64,000 bases of DNA, taken from positions 62,001-126,000 of the IMG/VR virus record IMGVR_UViG_3300001782_000005. One strand, 5' to 3'. Position 1 is the stretch's first letter, and the number at the start of each line of letters is the position of its first letter. The position numbers and the translations under genes are program-made. The notes beneath the pieces were generated by a model. It was not told where the DNA came from. It searched no databases and worked only from the letters and a program-made list of their open reading frames with translations. This document shows, in pieces, positions 59,318-64,000 of the stretch.

Positions 59318-59817
59318 TCACCTTTTTGAGCGTTCAAGTATTTCTTTACATTATTTAGCATTCTGGTAACCATGGCCTTTTTAATAGCCATATCTTCCGG
59401 TTTAGGAACCTCCTTAGAATATTTCCTATATATAAACTCAAGTCTCTTTGTTACCCCCTGCAAATTCGTTACATCAACCCTAGGATCGCCAATCGTTGAT
59501 AATTTATTTGCAAGTTTCATTGAAAACATCACAATTCTAGGATCAACGAACCCAATCCTGTTACAAATGGGAAAGAATGGTATATCTTTCCTATTAATTG
59601 ACAAACTCAAAAAGCATTTAGGAAACTTCTCAAAAAGGCCCTTTCTAAGGTCAGGATCACTCAACCATTCTAAATCCCTATGATAAGTAAAGGGCCTCAT
59701 ATGCTCATATGCTCGCCTAATTAACTCCTCAAGAATGACCAGATCTTTATCCGTATGCTTCATCATTTTCCTCCAGACATGTAATATCTTCTCCATCATA
59801 AAAGGGACTATCAACAC
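59314..59817 (-). CDS. hypothetical protein coupled to beta' (set 2)
   Basis: 4-nt overlap with beta' start; likely start MMKHTD. Confidence 0.6.
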   Translation of the reverse strand: MLIVPFMMEKILHVWRKMMKHTDKDLVILEELIRRAYEHMRPFTYHRDLEWLSDPDLRKGLFEKFPKCFLSLSINRKDIPFFPICNRIGFVDPRIVMFSMKLANKLSTIGDPRVDVTNLQGVTKRLEFIYRKYSKEVPKPEDMAIKKAMVTRMLNNVKKYLNAQKGE

Positions 59818-60214
59818 TGCAAATTGCTACCTCGTCAATATCTTTTTCTGCAGCGTCCAAGTCCGAACCTATACCTAATTTAGCAATAAGAATATCCGGG
59901 TCAAACGGTTTCTTTATAACAGTAACTAAATCATATTCATTACAAAATCCTAGACATTCATCAGTAATTTCATCAACCATTAGAAAAACTTCAATTTCTT
60001 CTTCAACTAATAATCTAAGAAACTTTACATCCTTCTTCCTGATACATGGAATTTCAGTATCTACAATTACAACATTGACCATCTTCTTAGATATATGCTG
60101 AAAGACTTCATCAAGAGTGGCTCTCAAACTTACGCTAGATACTCCAGTTTCAAGAAAACTTCGATATATTCCATACTTTGAAATATCGTCAGAAAAAACC
60201 AAAATTTCCTTCAT
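59747..60214 (-). CDS. CheY-like receiver domain protein
   Basis: ILVFSDD, VVIVD, IKKPFD. Confidence 0.65.
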   Translation of the reverse strand: MKEILVFSDDISKYGIYRSFLETGVSSVSLRATLDEVFQHISKKMVNVVIVDTEIPCIRKKDVKFLRLLVEEEIEVFLMVDEITDECLGFCNEYDLVTVIKKPFDPDILIAKLGIGSDLDAAEKDIDEVAICSVDSPFYDGEDITCLEENDEAYG

Positions 60215-60379
60215 TCAGTACTCCTTATTCATCTGTTTCTTAGAAATTCAAAGTTGGCAAAAATCAACTTTGTAAATATATAATATTATTAAAAAAATAA
60301 TTTCAACAAAAAGTTGAAATTGCCGATTCTGGTATATTACCATGGAAAAATTGGTGTCTGTAACTTATTGAAAATAAAC

Positions 60380-61108
60380 CTAAATTTTCGCCATATTTTG
60401 AGAAAAAGAATCCAACTTATTTATCTTAACTTCCATACATCTTAAACCTAAAGTTGATAATGAATATAATGAAATAAAATTACCACGAAATTTATTCGGT
60501 GCTAGATCCAGGTTAACCTGTCCTGGACTCCTTTTATATTCCACACTATAATCTTGCAATTCTGGCGCTGTTGAAAGAATCTTCTTTAGTAACATACGAG
60601 TAGAGTCAACATTCATCTTTCTGCTCAAGTTACAAAACAAATGAAATCCTTCTTTACCCGTGAATCTAATCTGAACCTTATCAATAATTGGAACCCTTTT
60701 CAGCAAAATTCTATAACAGTCAGCAGCAGCTTTCTTTGCCTTACTAAAACTATCTGCATCAATATCAACAATCGCAATATCTTCCATCCTTTTCATCGCG
60801 GAGTGAATACTAATAACCCGACCATGGATTTCATTATCCCAGTTTGCATTTGTTAGACGTATATATTGAGTCTCTTTTCCTGCTCTCCTAATGATCAACT
60901 TATTTATATCAATCGCAATATAAAACATTAGATCTCGACCAACAACTTCTTTTAAGAGCTTACTCTTCACCTTCTGATAATATTCATATGTATCTATTTC
61001 TCGTAATCCTTTCGGATAAAACTTATTCTTAACAGTAACTGTTTCAGGATGCTGTGGATAACCCATCATTATCTCCCTGGATAATTTGGTATTTGCTCTG
61101 GTCGGCAA
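60380..61108 (-). CDS. LigD-type primase-polymerase (AEP) domain protein
   Basis: IVDID, FTGKEGFHL, VNLD motifs. Confidence 0.8.
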   Translation of the reverse strand: MPTRANTKLSREIMMGYPQHPETVTVKNKFYPKGLREIDTYEYYQKVKSKLLKEVVGRDLMFYIAIDINKLIIRRAGKETQYIRLTNANWDNEIHGRVISIHSAMKRMEDIAIVDIDADSFSKAKKAAADCYRILLKRVPIIDKVQIRFTGKEGFHLFCNLSRKMNVDSTRMLLKKILSTAPELQDYSVEYKRSPGQVNLDLAPNKFRGNFISLYSLSTLGLRCMEVKINKLDSFSQNMAKI

Positions 61109-62097
61109 TCAACCGGATTAACTGATTTATCATCTCTAAATCTTAAAAACCTCGGAATGACAAGGGTAACAGATGATCTTGCACCAACTTGTTGATACAC
61201 TCCATTTCTATACTCATAAGCAGACATCTGTTTAAGATGTGCTCTATCGTATCGAATTTCAATAACTCGCTCAGGAGGAACAAGAAATTCAGTACCTAAA
61301 TCCTGAACCTTTGTTTTTTGTACTTCCTTAAATAAAAATTTTCTCTGAGCATGAGTATACCCGCTTCCCACATTTGAACTTAACAAGAATGTTCCATCCT
61401 TATCAACCCAAGCAGTCTTCAAATATGAAATCCAACCTTTTTCCCAAGCAGGCATTATAGTACTGCCAGCACCAATTACAGCAACATCAGCTGTATAGTG
61501 GGGTTTAACTTTAAATGCTCTTCCATCAGGCATTCGAGCAACTATACCCTCAATGCCAACTATATTTTGAACCTTTCTCCATAAATCTCTGAATTCTTTT
61601 ATACCACCTTTGACCCAATTTGGTATATGAATTCTTCCTGCTCTTCCCTTAAAAAATCTATTGATAAGATCAAGTGCAGTAGGAAAGGACTTTACCTTCT
61701 TATCATTAATCATCATTACATCAAATGTATAATGATGGACTAAAGGGGCATTTTGAGGTTTATAAGAGGTTTTAATAATACTCTCCGTCTTATTGAATGG
61801 AAGAATTTTACCACTTTTAACTGCAATAACCTCTCCCATTATAATCGCAGATTTTATATTATTTCTAAGAAGAACACTTCGATACTCATCTAAAACGGGA
61901 ACGTCCTTAATCTCTATATTATTGATGGAGACCAATTTAGCATCTTCTCCACGAAATATCATTGCACCAAGTTGGCCATCCATCTTCGCAATAAAATACG
62001 CACCACTTACATCGTGAAACTCAGTGACAAAATCTTCATAGGATAACTCTTTTAACCGCAGTTTATTCTTCCAAACTGCAGCATAATTTATTGCCAT
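61069..62097 (-). CDS. ATP-dependent DNA ligase
   Basis: KMDG (motif I), MGE, FD, EGIV, KVK, VGSG, PRFLRFRDDK. Confidence 0.88.
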   Translation of the reverse strand: MAINYAAVWKNKLRLKELSYEDFVTEFHDVSGAYFIAKMDGQLGAMIFRGEDAKLVSINNIEIKDVPVLDEYRSVLLRNNIKSAIIMGEVIAVKSGKILPFNKTESIIKTSYKPQNAPLVHHYTFDVMMINDKKVKSFPTALDLINRFFKGRAGRIHIPNWVKGGIKEFRDLWRKVQNIVGIEGIVARMPDGRAFKVKPHYTADVAVIGAGSTIMPAWEKGWISYLKTAWVDKDGTFLLSSNVGSGYTHAQRKFLFKEVQKTKVQDLGTEFLVPPERVIEIRYDRAHLKQMSAYEYRNGVYQQVGARSSVTLVIPRFLRFRDDKSVNPVDCRPEQIPNYPGR

Positions 62098-62164
62098 AAA
62101 TACCTCAATTCACGATAGTAACATTTTTAATTTGTTCTTAAAGAAACAAAAAAAAGAGTAGTTC

Positions 62165-62190
62165 AAAAAATAAGGGGACAGTGCCCCTTA
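62165..62190 (-). terminator. rho-independent terminator
   Basis: TAAGGGG/CCCCTTA stem followed by TTTTTT on minus strand. Confidence 0.65.
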
Positions 62191-62517
62191 CTTCACTTCG
62201 AATCTAATTCTGAGCTAAAACGAACTAGCTGCCCACACAATAAACTTTGATGCCTTAATTGTGCAGAAGCCAATGATAATGATGGTCCATGAGATAACAC
62301 CACCCATTATCATGAGTTCAGACAGGAATCCCATCCAATCTCCAAACTTTTCAGACTTAGTTGCTTCTTTCACTTCTATCCTCCTTGAGAATTATCTTAG
62401 TATATGCCAGCCGCTCGCCCCATGAACACTCCGATAATGAAAGGCCAGAATATTACAAGAGCGATAACTAGGGATATACTAATGGCAAGAACTGTTGAAA
62501 GAACAATCTCTTTGAAT

Positions 62518-62895
62518 TTACTCATCTCTTCCATCTCGATCCTCCTTGAGGATTGGAATCTCATCACCATCAGCCAAAATTTCCAATAGACGACCTAATA
62601 CCACATGGTCAAGACCTTCAATAGGAGTATGGATTACTTGAACATCATCTGGAAGTTCAGCTGCACGAGTATGAGGAAGAATTGCTTCCAGGACACTTAT
62701 GTGAGTTTCCATCGACTCTAATAGGTTATCTCGTATTGGATGCCTTGATCTACTAGACTCGATAAGGTCTTTAGCATTCTTTACTTCCTCAATTTTATAC
62801 TCAAGAGTTGCTGTTAGATCCATAAGCACCTCCTGCGAGAGTTTTCTCTCTTTCTCTTTCAAGGTAAGCATTACGACAGTAATTTGAACACTCAA
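62518..62895 (-). CDS. hypothetical protein
   Basis: ORF on coding strand. Confidence 0.5.
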   Translation of the reverse strand: MSVQITVVMLTLKEKERKLSQEVLMDLTATLEYKIEEVKNAKDLIESSRSRHPIRDNLLESMETHISVLEAILPHTRAAELPDDVQVIHTPIEGLDHVVLGRLLEILADGDEIPILKEDRDGRDE

Positions 62896-63088
62896 TATCA
62901 GTGGGTTGAAGTTCGCCCTCTACGAAATTAAACCTCTGAGGACAAGTAACTTCAACTCCTTCAAAATAGACCTCTATAAACTTAACTCCGCAGTGACTAC
63001 AATTTCCATTTACATACTTTAATGCTTTCCTAACTCTCTCGATATGACCACACACTAAACAAATCACATAATTAACTTTAATTTCCAT
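62801..63088 (-). CDS. zinc-ribbon protein
   Basis: CLVCG...CSHCG; AGGAGG RBS. Confidence 0.6.
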   Translation of the reverse strand: MEIKVNYVICLVCGHIERVRKALKYVNGNCSHCGVKFIEVYFEGVEVTCPQRFNFVEGELQPTDIECSNYCRNAYLEREREKTLAGGAYGSNSNS

Positions 63089-63135
63089 TGGTATTATCCT
63101 CCTTTAAAAAGTTTACAAACACAGCCCTATCATTG

Positions 63136-63149
63136 ATTAATATATATAG
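63136..63149 (-). promoter_or_regulatory. candidate phage promoter CTATATATATTAAT
   Basis: Second exact copy, between a terminator-like hairpin and an AGGAGG-led gene. Confidence 0.45.
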
Positions 63150-63200
63150 TTTTAGATCGTTATAAGTAGACAAAAAAATAAGCGGCAAAATTAAGCCCGC

Positions 63201-63452
63201 TCATCCTCTATATTTTACATCTTTACGCCAAGTATTTAAATCTGATGTACACCCAGCACCAACATAGATCATTCTTGCAAATGCTCTCTTCTCCCTAGCC
63301 TGTTTACACCAATAACGACCAGCCTCTTCATCCCACATAAGTTTATTACAACGCATATCTTCATCAACCCAATTATGAAAAAGAGCAGCAAAACATGGAA
63401 TTTTAAGGCAGCAATAACCACAACCAACACATGGTTGATAATTTTCATTCAT
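63201..63452 (-). CDS. CxxCxxCC (YkgJ-like) Zn/Fe-chelating protein
   Basis: PCVGCGYCC...C...C...C. Confidence 0.65.
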   Translation of the reverse strand: MNENYQPCVGCGYCCLKIPCFAALFHNWVDEDMRCNKLMWDEEAGRYWCKQAREKRAFARMIYVGAGCTSDLNTWRKDVKYRG

Positions 63453-63548
63453 TAATTAATCTCCTGGAAAAAAATAAGGCAGCAACCAAGCAGGGGCATG
63501 GCGGTACCCAAAAAGGGTAACACTTCAACTCAGTTGCTGCCTAATTTA

Positions 63549-63782
63549 TTATCTGTGACAAATCGAAGTCCTAGTTCTAGGACCTCTTCTTCTTTTTCTT
63601 TTCTTCTTAAGTCTAATACCGGCCTCACTAGCAAGATCTGGATTTTCTCCCACTATTCTGTAGACTTCCGACCTATCCATGCCCAATTCGCTCGCTGCCC
63701 CCAGTGGCCCGAGTTTAGCCACTAATTGACAAACTCTTTGCGCCCTTATAATTCGAAAATCCTTGGGTTCTTGCATGAGCAT
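63549..63782 (-). CDS. small helix-turn-helix protein
   Basis: GAASELGMDRSEVYRIV. Confidence 0.55.
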   Translation of the reverse strand: MLMQEPKDFRIIRAQRVCQLVAKLGPLGAASELGMDRSEVYRIVGENPDLASEAGIRLKKKRKRRRGPRTRTSICHR

Positions 63783-64000
63783 TCTCCCAGAAAAAATAAA
63801 GCAACAACCAGGAGAGGGGGAGGGTTTTTGGACTCATTAAAAACCCTTAACTGTCCCGGTTGTTGCCAATTAGTTAATTTCTGAATTTGATCTCCTTTTC
63901 TTTATGGCCATTCTCAATGGTTTGATCTCCCCCCATAGGGCAACCACACAGTAACCTGTAAAAATTCCAAGGTAATCATGAGCAATATCCATCATATCGA

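Noticed and set aside
26221-62138. AGAACAAA motif upstream of some genes (9210, 26221, 62131) as a second promoter class
   Set aside because: Short and AT-rich, with another copy near 463 in the opposite orientation; not distinguishable from chance by eye.
280-63725. Remaining plus-strand ORFs in the track
   Set aside because: Antisense shadows of well-supported minus-strand genes or RNAs, without recognisable motifs.
1-64000. Alternative genetic code, or introns/inteins in RNAP genes
   Set aside because: Long conserved genes are intact under the standard code, all three stops are used, and no intein or intron signatures were seen.

Overview
AT-rich, gene-dense segment with essentially all real genes on the minus strand. 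It is best read as part of a jumbo-phage (large dsDNA virus) genome; no ribosomal or core metabolic operons are present. It encodes two complete, unsplit beta'/beta RNA polymerase pairs, a type IIA topoisomerase, SbcC/SbcD, an SF2 helicase, a short PolB-like palm protein, a ligase plus LigD-type primase-polymerase, a MoxR/VWA pair, FolE2, QueD, a radical SAM enzyme and four tRNAs. Main finding: a ~1-kb non-coding dual-repeat array at 13525-14508 (28 edge repeats, 27 units of ~36 nt, each edge repeat / ~9-nt spacer / loop repeat / ~9-nt spacer). This is the architecture of a TIGR guide-RNA array, but I recognise no Nop-domain Tas gene in the 64 kb. The array sits in an RNA-rich island (12.2-18.4 kb) with a DIP1984-like gene followed by a ~300-nt structured RNA, a rod-like RNA, a kissing-loop RNA and an aberrant tRNA-like RNA. 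Second finding: an apparently complete ubiquitin-like conjugation cassette (E2, JAB, E1, Ubl, plus a second E1 and E2) whose last gene overlaps the start of one RNAP beta' gene. All family assignments come from motifs read by eye; no database search was run.
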